DNA of 64,000 bases from Alphaproteobacteria bacterium (GTDB taxonomy: Bacteria; Pseudomonadota; Alphaproteobacteria; UBA9219). Shown here piece by piece: positions 18,901-28,769 of this stretch. Both the position numbers and the translations under genes were made by a program. The stretch covers positions 4,278 to 68,277 of the forward strand of contig JANRKK010000021.1 in the NCBI GenBank assembly GCA_033763555.1, in the 5' to 3' direction. Position 1 is the first letter of the stretch. Every line of letters begins with the position of its first letter. The notes under the pieces were generated by a model. That model had not been told where the DNA came from and did not search any database. It worked only from the letters and a program-made list of their open reading frames with translations.

Positions 18901-19887
18901 CTAGATCTCGAAATGGATCATCTTGATCATCGCCGCCCAGCCCAGCGACATCCAGAAAACACCTGCACCCATCAGCATTTTGCCCTTCAGGCTCGTGAAC
19001 AGGGTCATCATATAGTCGGAGTTCACGATCATCAGCAGCGTGAACATGATGAAGGGCAGCGAGCCGATGATCATGGCGCTGGCCCGTGCTTCGGACGACA
19101 TCGCCTTGATTTTCAGGCGCAGCTGGCGGCGTTTGCGGATCAAGTCGGCGAGGTTGCCAAGCGTTTCCGCCAGATTACCCCCGGTTTCCTTCTGAATCGC
19201 CATGGCGATGATCAGAAAACGGAATTCCGGCGTATCAATGCGGCGCGTCACTTCCCACATCGAGGATTCCAGGCTCTTGCCCATATGTACGCCGTCGGCG
19301 ATGCGGTGAAATTCGGTGCCGACGGGCTCCGGCATTTCGCGCCCGACGGCGGCAATGGATTCGGTGATGGGCAGGCCCGAGCGTATGCCGCGGCACATCG
19401 TGTCGATGGCTTCAGGAAAACTGGCCAGGAATTTCTTGATGCGCCGCGCGCCCATAAAGCCCGTGATGAAATGCGGGATGCCGAGGCCAAGGCCTAGCGC
19501 CAGCAGCACGACAATTGGCCGCGCCCAGCCGAACAGATGGAAGATCAGGAAGAAAATCATGACGCCCAGCGCGTTGAACATCAGATATTCGCCGAGGCTG
19601 ATGGTTTTGCCCGTGCGCGCCAGACGGCTGCGCAGCTTGTCCGGGTTGGGCAGCAGGCGGATCAGCTGGTTCATCAGCGGGATGCCGCTGTCGCCGGAAC
19701 GTCGCAGGACGTGCGCCGCACGGTCGTGAGTTTTGATTTTGCGCACGGTACCGCCGGGGCCAACGCGGCTCAGACGGCGTTTCAGGTCTTCGGCGACATT
19801 GTCCGAAAAAGCGCTGGCCGTCAGCATGAGGAACAGGAAAATGCCGCCGCCCAGAATCCAGTACATATGGCTGGCATCGAGCGTCAT
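18901..19887 (-). CDS. tadB: Tad pilus inner-membrane platform protein (TadB/TadC, T2SS-F family)
   Basis: 328-aa polytopic membrane protein directly downstream of cpaF (4-bp overlap). Confidence 0.7.
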   Translation of the reverse strand: MTLDASHMYWILGGGIFLFLMLTASAFSDNVAEDLKRRLSRVGPGGTVRKIKTHDRAAHVLRRSGDSGIPLMNQLIRLLPNPDKLRSRLARTGKTISLGEYLMFNALGVMIFFLIFHLFGWARPIVVLLALGLGLGIPHFITGFMGARRIKKFLASFPEAIDTMCRGIRSGLPITESIAAVGREMPEPVGTEFHRIADGVHMGKSLESSMWEVTRRIDTPEFRFLIIAMAIQKETGGNLAETLGNLADLIRKRRQLRLKIKAMSSEARASAMIIGSLPFIMFTLLMIVNSDYMMTLFTSLKGKMLMGAGVFWMSLGWAAMIKMIHFEI

Positions 19888-21572
19888 GACGACTCCATGG
19901 CTTCCAGCAATTGCTTGTCGAGGCCGAAATAGGCGGCTTTAGGCAGGCAATGCGGGCGCATGCCATTATTCTTGAAATCGATGATCAGCTTGCCGTCGGC
20001 GGATTCACCCGTCACCTCGGCGACAAACAAATCCTGCATAGTGATCACTTCGCCTTCCATGCCTGTGATTTCCGAAATATGCGTGACGCGGCGCGAGCCG
20101 TCGCGCAGGCGGCTGACCTGAATGATCATATCGACAGCGGCGGCGATCTGCTGGCGGATCGCGCGGGGCGACAGGTTCGCGCTGGCCATGCCGACCAGAT
20201 TTTCAAGACGCATCAGGGCTTCGCGCGGGCGGTTGGCGTGGACGGTGGAGAGTGAGCCGTCATGGCCCGTATTCATCGCCTGCAACATATCCAGCGCTTC
20301 GCCGCCGCGGGTTTCACCGACGATAATGCGGTCAGGACGCATACGCAGGGCGTTTTTGACCAGATCGCGCATGGTGATTTCGCCATGGCCTTCAAGGTTG
20401 GCGGGGCGGGTTTCGAGGCGGACAACGTGCGGCTGCTGCAATTGCAACTCGGCGGCATCTTCGATGGTAACGACGCGTTCACCATGGTCGATCATCTGTG
20501 ACAGAGCGTTGAGCAGGGTGGTTTTACCCGAGCCCGTACCGCCCGAGATCAGGATGTTGAGGCGGCAGCGTCCGCAAATGCGTAAAATTTTCTGCATCGA
20601 TGGAGAAATGCTGCCGTATTTCAGCATCGTATCCAGCGTGATTTTTTTCTTGGCGAATTTACGGATAGTGATGACCGGGCCGTCGATGGCCAACGGCGGC
20701 ACGATAATATTGACGCGGCTGCCGTCGGCGAGGCGCGCGTCGCAGAGTGGTGAACTTTCGTCAATACGTCGGCCGATTGCCGTGACGATGCGCGTAGCAA
20801 CCGCATGCACATGGGCATTGTCGCGGAACTGTACTTCGGACAGAGTCAGCTTGCCGCGGTTTTCAATGAAAACCTGCTTCGGCCCGTTGACCATGATTTC
20901 GGAGATACCTTCGTCGGACAGCAAGGGCTCCAGCGGGCCGAGGCCCAGCATGTCATCCAGCAGCTGCTTGACGAGATCCTGCCGTTCGCTGGCATTCAGT
21001 TGCGTGCGGGTTTCAGCCAGAAGCTCGGCGACAAGCCCGGTCAGGTCACGCGCCAAATCTTCGCGTGCCATCTTGGCGGCGGCGGAGGTATCGATACGTT
21101 CCAGCACCATAGGCTGGAGTTTCAGCTTGGCCTGATCAACGCTCGCGCGGCTTGGGTTGCGGGCGTAGGGATCCTGTTTGGGCGGTTCCATCGGGGCATC
21201 GATGGCGATGCTGGCCGTCGTGGATGAGGTGGGAATGACCGACCGGATGGGCAGCGATGGCGGCGCATCGCCTGAGGGCGGGGCAGCTTGTTGCGGTGTG
21301 GGAACCTCGACATTCGCCAGGCCGGAATCCGCCATGAAACTGTTGACCAGCATGGTTACCAGATCGCGCTGGTCGAGCAGGTTCAGTTCCAGACGGTTGA
21401 TGGTCAGAAAATCCATCACCGCCTGTTTGGCTTCCTTGACGACATCGCTGCGCGGCGACCAGCGGGCTTTTTCAACGGGCAGTTTTTCTTTGAGGCGCGG
21501 TAACACCCGGTCTTTCAAGGCCGTGATCGTCATGTCCATGCTGAGGGAGGACGAGCCGTCGGCGGGTGTCAT
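19884..21572 (-). CDS. cpaF: Tad pilus secretion ATPase CpaF/TadA
   Basis: Walker A GGTGSGKTT and the VirB11/GspE-family HIS box region. N-terminal Pro/Ala-rich linker. Confidence 0.85.
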   Translation of the reverse strand: MTPADGSSSLSMDMTITALKDRVLPRLKEKLPVEKARWSPRSDVVKEAKQAVMDFLTINRLELNLLDQRDLVTMLVNSFMADSGLANVEVPTPQQAAPPSGDAPPSLPIRSVIPTSSTTASIAIDAPMEPPKQDPYARNPSRASVDQAKLKLQPMVLERIDTSAAAKMAREDLARDLTGLVAELLAETRTQLNASERQDLVKQLLDDMLGLGPLEPLLSDEGISEIMVNGPKQVFIENRGKLTLSEVQFRDNAHVHAVATRIVTAIGRRIDESSPLCDARLADGSRVNIIVPPLAIDGPVITIRKFAKKKITLDTMLKYGSISPSMQKILRICGRCRLNILISGGTGSGKTTLLNALSQMIDHGERVVTIEDAAELQLQQPHVVRLETRPANLEGHGEITMRDLVKNALRMRPDRIIVGETRGGEALDMLQAMNTGHDGSLSTVHANRPREALMRLENLVGMASANLSPRAIRQQIAAAVDMIIQVSRLRDGSRRVTHISEITGMEGEVITMQDLFVAEVTGESADGKLIIDFKNNGMRPHCLPKAAYFGLDKQLLEAMESS

Positions 21573-22843
21573 GATTTCGATTCCTCTTTCTTGCCACCGC
21601 CACTTTTCTTGCCGTGGCTAAAAAGTTTTGTGAGGAAGTCGCCTTCTTTGTCAGCAGATGAGGTACCTGCGCTGCCGCCAAATTTCTGTGCCAGCGTGCG
21701 AAGCGCTTTGGTCACAGGCGCCTGCGCGGCAATTGCGCCGAGAGCCTTGCCGCTGTTCGCTGCCTGCATCATGCTTTTGTGATCTTCGGGAATGGAGAAG
21801 TCGATCTTGACCTGCGTTCCCTTCTCGAAGGTCGCCACATCAACCTGGCCAGGATGGGCCGTTCCGGCGCGCGAGGCCACAACCGTCAGCGCTGCCGTGC
21901 AGCCCAGATTGGTCAGCGCTGTCTTGACGCGCAGCGTATCGCGGATGCCTGCGAGCGAAAGTTCCGTCACCAGTACGATATCATGTGCGGCGGTCAGCAA
22001 ACGTTTTTGCGCCGCCAGAAGATGCCGCGGCAGATCGACAATGATAAAATCAAAATTGCCGCGCATTTCCTTCAGCAGCGCGGCAATCGCGCCGCCATCC
22101 ATGGGAACCAGCTCATCCACCGCTTCTTCGGCGCCGAGAACGGAGAACTGGTCGCTTTCCGATACCATGGAGCTGGCGATCATCAGCCCGTCGACGCGGT
22201 GCGGTGAATTGACGATGTCGCGCAATCCGCGGCCGGGTTCGAGATCGAGCGCCAGCGAGCTGGTACCGAATTGCAGGTCGAGATCAAGCAGGGCGCAGTT
22301 GAATTTCATTTCATGCGCCAGAAGCCATCCGGTATTCACGGCGATGGTGCTGGCGCCCGTGCCGCCGCGCACACCTACGGTGATAATGATCTTGGCGTCG
22401 CGGGCTTCGAGCTTGCCGCCCGTGCCGCCACGCAGCGCTGCCGCCAGCGCCTGGTTGAGTGTTTCGGAGTTCAGCGGCTTGACGAGATAATCGACAACCC
22501 CGGCCTTCAGCATACGGCGGTAAAGACTGACATCGTTGGCCGAGCCCATGATGATCAGCTTGCTATCCGGGCCGACCAGGCTAACCAGCCGCGTGGCGAC
22601 GCTGATCGGGTCAGCCTGTCCGTCGATATCGATGATCACCATTTTCGGCGGTGCTGCGGATTCCAGCATCTGCGCGAAAAGATCAGGGCCGCCTTGTTGA
22701 ACGGCGGCAGCGGGGAAGCCTTGACGTTCGGTCCAGCCGCGCAGGGCCGTCAGCGACTCGTCGTCCATGGCAAAGGCCATGAACTCGCCATGCATGACCG
22801 CCCCGCCCTGGTCGGTTGAAGAGAAGTGTCCGCGGGAGCTCAT
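21569..22843 (-). CDS. cpaE: Pilus assembly protein CpaE/TadZ (receiver-like N-terminus + MinD/ParA-like ATPase)
   Basis: 424 aa; deviant Walker A region GVRGGTGASTIA. Confidence 0.75.
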   Translation of the reverse strand: MSSRGHFSSTDQGGAVMHGEFMAFAMDDESLTALRGWTERQGFPAAAVQQGGPDLFAQMLESAAPPKMVIIDIDGQADPISVATRLVSLVGPDSKLIIMGSANDVSLYRRMLKAGVVDYLVKPLNSETLNQALAAALRGGTGGKLEARDAKIIITVGVRGGTGASTIAVNTGWLLAHEMKFNCALLDLDLQFGTSSLALDLEPGRGLRDIVNSPHRVDGLMIASSMVSESDQFSVLGAEEAVDELVPMDGGAIAALLKEMRGNFDFIIVDLPRHLLAAQKRLLTAAHDIVLVTELSLAGIRDTLRVKTALTNLGCTAALTVVASRAGTAHPGQVDVATFEKGTQVKIDFSIPEDHKSMMQAANSGKALGAIAAQAPVTKALRTLAQKFGGSAGTSSADKEGDFLTKLFSHGKKSGGGKKEESKS

Positions 22844-22852
22844 GCGTAGATC

Positions 22853-23299
22853 CTAGGGCGCGCCCGAAGCGCCGCCGGAACCGGAAGACGAAGAAGCCGC
22901 CGAAGGCGAAGGGGCCGTTGTGATAGCCGCTTGGGAATCGCTCTTGCCCGGGTCGATCAGACCGCGGGTTGTGCCTGCCCGGTAATTGCTCATGGCGTTC
23001 GTGCTGATGGCGGCATCGGCCGGGCCAAGCTCGCGGCCCTGCACAAGGTCTTCGGGGCGTTCCACCATGATCGCGAGGTTGCGCGCGCTGGCGCAACCGA
23101 ATTGCGGCACAGGCTGGTTGTCAAAGGGGTTGGCGACATCTTTCGACCAGCTGGGGCAATCCGGCGGCGTGGCGACCATGCCATTTTCGGTCGGCATGAC
23201 GCGAATGGTGTAATCGGGCTTCAGGGTCGGCTCATAGATATCGACGCAGCCTGTCAGTGTGAGCAGGCCGAAGGCGAAGAGGGTGGAGGACAAACGCAT
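22853..23299 (-). CDS. cpaD: Pilus assembly lipoprotein CpaD
   Basis: Lipobox LTLTGC, 148 aa, position between cpaC and cpaE, Ser/Gly-rich C-terminus. Confidence 0.6.
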   Translation of the reverse strand: MRLSSTLFAFGLLTLTGCVDIYEPTLKPDYTIRVMPTENGMVATPPDCPSWSKDVANPFDNQPVPQFGCASARNLAIMVERPEDLVQGRELGPADAAISTNAMSNYRAGTTRGLIDPGKSDSQAAITTAPSPSAASSSSGSGGASGAP

Positions 23300-23305
23300 G
23301 GCCGT

Positions 23306-24904
23306 TTACTCCAGGATGAAGCCGCCGGGCCCTGCCGGACCGACGTCGGTTGAATTGGCACGGGCAGGAGCCTTGCTGCGGAATGGCGTAATGGCGACAG
23401 GTGCAGCAGCGGGTGCCGGAGGCGCAGCTGCAGGCATCACGGCCGCTTCGGGTACAGCAACTTCGGCGGACGCAGGCATGGACGGGGTTTCCGTCTCAGC
23501 CGTGGTTTCCACAGGCACAACAGGTGCAGCGGAAACGGCGGGCTGCTCAACGCGTTTGCCAGTGGGTGCGCCACTCATGGGGCGGGCATTGGGGTCGCTG
23601 CCGCTGTAGCGCAGACCGAACAGGCGTTCGGCTTCCGACGGCGGGCTGAGTCCATCCATCGGCAGTGCAAGCTGTTCGCCTGTCGGTCTGACGATGTAAG
23701 GTGTGATGATGATGACCAGTTCGGTCTGGCCGTTTTGATAGCGGTTGGAGCGGAACAGCGCGCCTAGCACAGGCAGATCGCCGAGCAGAGGATATTTGTT
23801 CACCGTCTGGCTCTGATTGTTGTCAAGCAGCCCGGCGATGGCGAAGCTCTGGCCGCTGGCGACTTCAATCGTGGTTTCCGCCTTGCGGGTCAACAGGGCG
23901 GGAACGGCGATGTTGTTGAGCGTGATGGAACCCGTGGTCGTCAGTTCGCTGACTTCGGGCTTCACATGGATGTTGATGCGGTTCTCACCGATAAGGGTCG
24001 GCGTAAAGGCAAGCGAAATGCCGTAATTCTTGAACTCGATGCTGATCGAGTTGTTGCCCTGTGGAACGGGGATGGGAAATTCACCGCCCGCCAGGAAATT
24101 GGCCGTTTCGCCTGACATGGCGGTCAGATTCGGTTCCGCCAGAATGGTGATCAGCCCGTTCTGCGCCAGCGCATCGATCAGGCCGTTGACGTTGAAATGC
24201 CCGCCCTGGCGGGAAAAGCCGATGGCGTTATTGGGCAGGCTGAGATTGGTGTTGTTGGGGCGGTTGCTGAGGATGCTTTCGCCGACCGCCATGCCGGAAA
24301 TGCCTGTGGCGATACCGAAGGCGAAGCCGCCCACGGTGGCCAGGTTCTGCCAGTTAAAGCCCAGCGAGTCGTCGATGTTGCGTGCGACTTCGGCGAACCG
24401 GACGCGCAGCTGGATCTGGTTGCTGCCGACGACGCGGATGCGGTTGATGATCTCGCCGCCCTGCGATGGAAGATAGCGCTGCGCCAGCTTGTAAGCGTCC
24501 TGAATGGTTGCAGCGTCTTTTGCCTCGCCCGTCAGCACGAGGCCGTTGGGCAGGGGCGCGACGCGGATTTTATGGTCGGGGATGGACATGTTGAGTTCAC
24601 GGCGCAGGCTCGACAGATCCTGCGTTACAATCACCGTGCGTTGCGCCAGCGTGTTGCCGGAATTATCTGTGGCCATGAAAGTGGTTTCACCTGTGCGCTT
24701 GCCAAAAATCATGATCGAGGTTGGCGACATCACCTGCACATCGGCGATTTCGGGATTGGCGATGAACACCGAAGCCGCCGGGGCGCTCAGCGTCAGCGGA
24801 ATGCCGTGATCAACCCGCACATCCAGCGGTGTGGAACCTGCCGCCCATGCGCCGAAGGGTGCGGCGCAAAGGAGGGTCAGGAGGATGAGAAAGCGTTTTG
24901 TCAT
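23306..24904 (-). CDS. cpaC: Tad secretin CpaC/RcpA
   Basis: Signal peptide MTKRFLILLTLLCAAPFGAWA. Secretin core (…NLTAMSGETANFLAGGEFPIP…ISIEFKNYGISLAFTPTLIG…). Ala/Pro-rich C-terminal tail. Start set at the Met preceding the signal peptide. Confidence 0.8.
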   Translation of the reverse strand: MTKRFLILLTLLCAAPFGAWAAGSTPLDVRVDHGIPLTLSAPAASVFIANPEIADVQVMSPTSIMIFGKRTGETTFMATDNSGNTLAQRTVIVTQDLSSLRRELNMSIPDHKIRVAPLPNGLVLTGEAKDAATIQDAYKLAQRYLPSQGGEIINRIRVVGSNQIQLRVRFAEVARNIDDSLGFNWQNLATVGGFAFGIATGISGMAVGESILSNRPNNTNLSLPNNAIGFSRQGGHFNVNGLIDALAQNGLITILAEPNLTAMSGETANFLAGGEFPIPVPQGNNSISIEFKNYGISLAFTPTLIGENRINIHVKPEVSELTTTGSITLNNIAVPALLTRKAETTIEVASGQSFAIAGLLDNNQSQTVNKYPLLGDLPVLGALFRSNRYQNGQTELVIIITPYIVRPTGEQLALPMDGLSPPSEAERLFGLRYSGSDPNARPMSGAPTGKRVEQPAVSAAPVVPVETTAETETPSMPASAEVAVPEAAVMPAAAPPAPAAAPVAITPFRSKAPARANSTDVGPAGPGGFILE

Positions 24905-24915
24905 AAGGCTCTTCC

Positions 24916-25803
24916 CTAGCGGTGACGCTCGAAGTTGTTTTCCATTTTGTCTTTGCCGCGCATGATCTGAACGCGCTGGATCAGAAGATCGTCGCCATTC
25001 ACCGCGGGCAGGGCGCGTGATACTTCGCTGTCCCATGTGGGTGCGTCGGGCGTCAGGCTCATGATAGTGGCGCTTTCCTTGGACGGTGCGGATTCGTCAA
25101 CCGCCAGGCTGCGGAGAGCCAGCGAGATGCTGCCGCGTCCGCCGCTGGTCTGGCTCACAAGGTCAATCGCCAGCATCAGCTTTTCAGCCTGCTTGGGGGT
25201 GACTTCCAGGGTCGCCAATTGCGCTACTTTGGGGTCCATGCCTGCGCTGTCGCTCTTCTGGTCCAGCGCCAGCACGCGTGCGTCGGTGACAACCGTTTCA
25301 CTGATGCGGCGCTCGGTCAGATCGGCGATATCCTTGCGGCTGAAGGAATGGGTGAGGATGACGTCGACATGGTCGCCGGGGAAGATAAAACCCGCGACGC
25401 CTGCGCTGGGGGTCAGGGTTACGGCCACGGCGCGTTTTCCGGGCGCCAGAACGGCGGCCAGAAAGCCGCGGTCGGTGGATTGCACAATCCGGCTGGTGAC
25501 GATCGGTTCATCCGCATGCACGCCTTCGCGCAGAATGCTGCCGACCAGGCTCGTCATTTCGGTTTTGCCTTTGACATAGAGCTTGGAAGTTTCACCGTCG
25601 GCCACCCATGGAATCCATTTCAGATCGGTCGGCTTCAGGATTGTGCCCATCGCAAGATCGCGCGACGCGCCGATGACTTCGTTGCCCTGCACAGGCGGCG
25701 GCGCCACGGCGTCCGGATTGCGCATCATGGAACGCGCCAGCATGACGGTGATCAGCGCAATCATCGCTGCGGCCATCAGAAGGGAAATTTTGCGCTTGGT
25801 CAT
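24916..25803 (-). CDS. cpaB: Flp pilus assembly protein CpaB/RcpC
   Basis: 295 aa, N-terminal TM anchor, position between cpaA and cpaC. Confidence 0.75.
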   Translation of the reverse strand: MTKRKISLLMAAAMIALITVMLARSMMRNPDAVAPPPVQGNEVIGASRDLAMGTILKPTDLKWIPWVADGETSKLYVKGKTEMTSLVGSILREGVHADEPIVTSRIVQSTDRGFLAAVLAPGKRAVAVTLTPSAGVAGFIFPGDHVDVILTHSFSRKDIADLTERRISETVVTDARVLALDQKSDSAGMDPKVAQLATLEVTPKQAEKLMLAIDLVSQTSGGRGSISLALRSLAVDESAPSKESATIMSLTPDAPTWDSEVSRALPAVNGDDLLIQRVQIMRGKDKMENNFERHR

Positions 25804-25815
25804 GACGGAAACCCT

Positions 25816-26316
25816 TCAGCTCGGGAAAAGGATGGGTTGCGACAACATATAAATCGTACTCAGGCCGCCGACAGCGATGGCGATGCCATAGGGTATAGGA
25901 ACTTTCGCAAGAGCAACGGCCTGATGGCCGGAGTTGTTACGAACATAGGTGAGGGCTGCCATTATAAGGGCTAAAAAGCCCCCGGCAATGGCGGTGGTGA
26001 TCAGGAAAACCGCGATCAAATGAGGCCCGGCCCATAATCCGGTCGCCGCCAGCAATTTGATGTCGCCTGCGCCCGCCAGATTGCCGACGAACATGGCGAA
26101 GCCCGACAGCAGAACCAGAGCAAAGACCATGAGATGCTGATCCCATTCAATCATGCGCGGCGCTGTGAGCACATACATGGGGAACAGCGCCAGAAGCCCC
26201 GCGCACAGCGCGTTGGGAATCCGATAGCTGCGCGCATCGTTGATGGCAGCCGCGATCAGTAAAACGGCGGCAGCCAAAAGGATGGCTATGTGAAAAGCAG
26301 TCAATTCCACAGTCAT
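25816..26316 (-). CDS. cpaA: Prepilin peptidase CpaA/TadV (A24 family)
   Basis: 166-aa polytopic membrane protein with the conserved Asp-containing motif (AGAGDIKLLAATG). Confidence 0.75.
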   Translation of the reverse strand: MTVELTAFHIAILLAAAVLLIAAAINDARSYRIPNALCAGLLALFPMYVLTAPRMIEWDQHLMVFALVLLSGFAMFVGNLAGAGDIKLLAATGLWAGPHLIAVFLITTAIAGGFLALIMAALTYVRNNSGHQAVALAKVPIPYGIAIAVGGLSTIYMLSQPILFPS

Positions 26317-26460
26317 AGGAAGCCTTCAAGACAGATCCGGCCGGCGAGCCCGGCCCTACCAATATGAACTTGGGATGATTAAGGAGCCATGAATCGGACA
26401 ATTATTCCGTATCCGAATTAATATAGGTCTTATAAGGGTTTTAACATGGCCTTAAGACAA

Positions 26461-26495
26461 AAAGGCCAGCCCCATAAGGGCTGGCGCATCTTGTC
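26461..26495 (-). terminator. Rho-independent terminator downstream of flp
   Basis: Minus-strand hairpin CCAGCCC-TTAT-GGGCTGG followed by a T-rich tract. Confidence 0.5.
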
Positions 26496-26517
26496 GAAAC
26501 TGATCGGTCGTTTGAGA

Positions 26518-26676
26518 TTACAGGTTATTCTGAACCGTCTGGAAGATGCCCGACAGAGCCGGACCCAGGGTAACCAGAACACCAACGATGGCGACGGCGA
26601 TCAACGAAGCGATCAGGCCGTATTCAATGGCCGTGGCGCCTTCGTCCTTTTTCAAAAAGCGGGTAATATGACGCAT
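26518..26676 (-). CDS. flp: Flp/Fap pilin
   Basis: 52 aa: MRHITRFLKKDEGATAIEYGLIASLIAVAIVGVLVTLG… with the Flp motif (G/ATAIEYGLIA). Strong RBS AAGGAGG. Start chosen inside the longer track ORF. Confidence 0.75.
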   Translation of the reverse strand: MRHITRFLKKDEGATAIEYGLIASLIAVAIVGVLVTLGPALSGIFQTVQNNL

Positions 26677-26812
26677 AGTAAGTTCCTCCTTGCAATTGCA
26701 GAACCTGTGAAGGTCCAGAGCTGACGCCAAGAATAAGCCATATCCTTTAAGAAACCGTGAATCGAAACCCGGATTTTCCAAGGAAAAACAAATAGATATT
26801 ATATGAATAAAA

Positions 26813-27565
26813 TTAGCTGGATTTGGAAAAAGGCGTGTAGCCAGCGGGCATTGGCGCAGGCAAGGGGAAAATCAGGCGGCGCGCATAGTCTTTAGGTTTC
26901 ATTAAGAGGGGGGCGTAAATTTGCTTGCCCGCTTCCATCAGCAGAAGCCCGCCGAAGCCCGGGAAAATCTTCTCGCCGTATTTTTCCAGCATGTCGGCCA
27001 GCGACAGATTCAGGCGTGAAGCGCTGGGTGGCATATAGAGCGCGCGCCAGCTGCGGTCGACCAGAAATCCGTGGTCGCGTAGCGTATCCTTGATCTGAAA
27101 GGCGGAATAAGGCTGCCCGGTGCCGAAAGGTGTGCGGTCACTGTGCGCCCACAACCCGCGGCGGTTTGACACAATCAGCAGCATGCGCCCGCCGCTTTTC
27201 ATGACGCGCCAGATTTCCTGCAGCATGCGGTTCGGATCGGGCGCACCTTCCAGCGCATGAATCAGAATCACGCGATCGACTGACTGATCGGGCAAGGGCA
27301 GGCTGTCGGTATCCACCAGACAGGAGATATTGGGGCCTTCGCGCGGCCAATAGGCGACGCCCTGCGTCGCGGGCATCAGGGCGGCCAGGGTTCCGGCCTC
27401 TTCCAGCAAGGGCCGTAAAAGCGGCGTGCCATAGCCCAACGCGAGAACCGTTTCACCCCGGACACTGGGCCAGATATGCCGCAGCCGTGCCTGCAAAATG
27501 CGCTGCACCGTCTGGCCCAGGGGGCTCAGGTAAAATTCGCGCAGATCGACGACATCGGCATACAT
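26813..27565 (-). CDS. Class I SAM-dependent methyltransferase
   Basis: Methyltransf_11-like motifs (…VLALGYGTPLL…, DRVILIHALE). Confidence 0.7.
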   Translation of the reverse strand: MYADVVDLREFYLSPLGQTVQRILQARLRHIWPSVRGETVLALGYGTPLLRPLLEEAGTLAALMPATQGVAYWPREGPNISCLVDTDSLPLPDQSVDRVILIHALEGAPDPNRMLQEIWRVMKSGGRMLLIVSNRRGLWAHSDRTPFGTGQPYSAFQIKDTLRDHGFLVDRSWRALYMPPSASRLNLSLADMLEKYGEKIFPGFGGLLLMEAGKQIYAPLLMKPKDYARRLIFPLPAPMPAGYTPFSKSS

Positions 27566-27655
27566 GGCGCTGGGCGGCTCCGTGTGGCGGCAAGCTTTCA
27601 GGCGGGCAGCAATATGTTATTGTATCTGAGTCGTTTTTGCCACCTGTTCTTCCCG

Positions 27656-28633
27656 ATGCTCAACCCTCTGCGCGATTTTGTTCAAAAGCACGCCAACGCC
27701 GAAAAACTTTTGGCCGTGCGGCGCTTTGCGGAAGGGCTGGCGCAGGATTTCTGGAAAAACGGAAGCGAAAACCCCTTCAAGCGTGGCGGTGTTTCTGGTG
27801 TTCAACAGTCTGCGCCCCGGTCCGTGGCGCCTGCGGCTCCGGCCGCAGCTTCTTCATCTGTCCGGACGGGGCCGGAGTGGCATGCCGCGCCGGGCGAGCT
27901 TTCGGAAAAAATGTGGGGCAAAGGTTTTGTCACGCCGGGTGACGAAGCGGTGACGGATATGCTGATCGCTCCCCTGAATCTTGCCAAGGAGATGAGTGTT
28001 CTTGATCTTTCCGCGGGGCTGGGCGGGCGCATGCGCCTGATAACGGAAAAATTCGGCGTTGCCGTAACGGGGCTGGAGCCTGACCCACAGATCGCTGCGC
28101 GCGGCATGGAAATGTCGATCATGGCTGGCAAGGGCAAGCATGATGCGATTGCTGCGTATGACCCCGCGAATTTCTCCGTGGCGCATAGTTATGACTGTAT
28201 CATTGCGCGCGAGACTTTTTATCGCGTTGCAGACAAGCCCGCTTTTTTCAAGGCGCTGGCGGATGCTGCCAAGGCGCAGAGCCAGATCGCTTTTACCGAT
28301 TACATTTTAAATCCTGAAGACCGCACCAAGCCTGCCGTGAAAGCCTGGATGTCGTATGAAAAAGACGCATCTCCGTTCAGTCTGATGGAGATGGCGGAAA
28401 GCTGGGCCAAGGTAGGTTTTAATCTGACGGCGCATGACGATCAGACGGAATTTTACCGCAAGGAGATTTTCGCTGGCCTCAAAAGACTGGCGCAATTTCT
28501 TGCATCCGGCGTTTATCCCGACGCGGTGACCAAGCAGGCTTTGCAGCGCCGCACGGCCTTGTGGACTCACCGTATGACGGCGATTGAACAGGGCATGAAG
28601 TTTTTCCGTTTTCATGGCCTGAAAAAGCCATAA
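27656..28633 (+). CDS. Methyltransferase-domain protein (class I SAM-MTase fold)
   Basis: Motif I VLDLSAGLGGRM. Start set at the internal Met (MLNPLRDF), downstream of the divergent gene. Confidence 0.55.
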   Translation: MLNPLRDFVQKHANAEKLLAVRRFAEGLAQDFWKNGSENPFKRGGVSGVQQSAPRSVAPAAPAAASSSVRTGPEWHAAPGELSEKMWGKGFVTPGDEAVTDMLIAPLNLAKEMSVLDLSAGLGGRMRLITEKFGVAVTGLEPDPQIAARGMEMSIMAGKGKHDAIAAYDPANFSVAHSYDCIIARETFYRVADKPAFFKALADAAKAQSQIAFTDYILNPEDRTKPAVKAWMSYEKDASPFSLMEMAESWAKVGFNLTAHDDQTEFYRKEIFAGLKRLAQFLASGVYPDAVTKQALQRRTALWTHRMTAIEQGMKFFRFHGLKKP

Positions 28634-28769
28634 AGTTTGGCTTAAATGTTCGTTGTGTTCTCGGGCGGCAATAACTTCAATTACAAGGGTTTTTCGATTT
28701 TTCTTGAATTCTTAAGGATGCGCACCATATCATTAAGCAGACTCCACTCTCTTTTTGCGAGGTTAGGCC

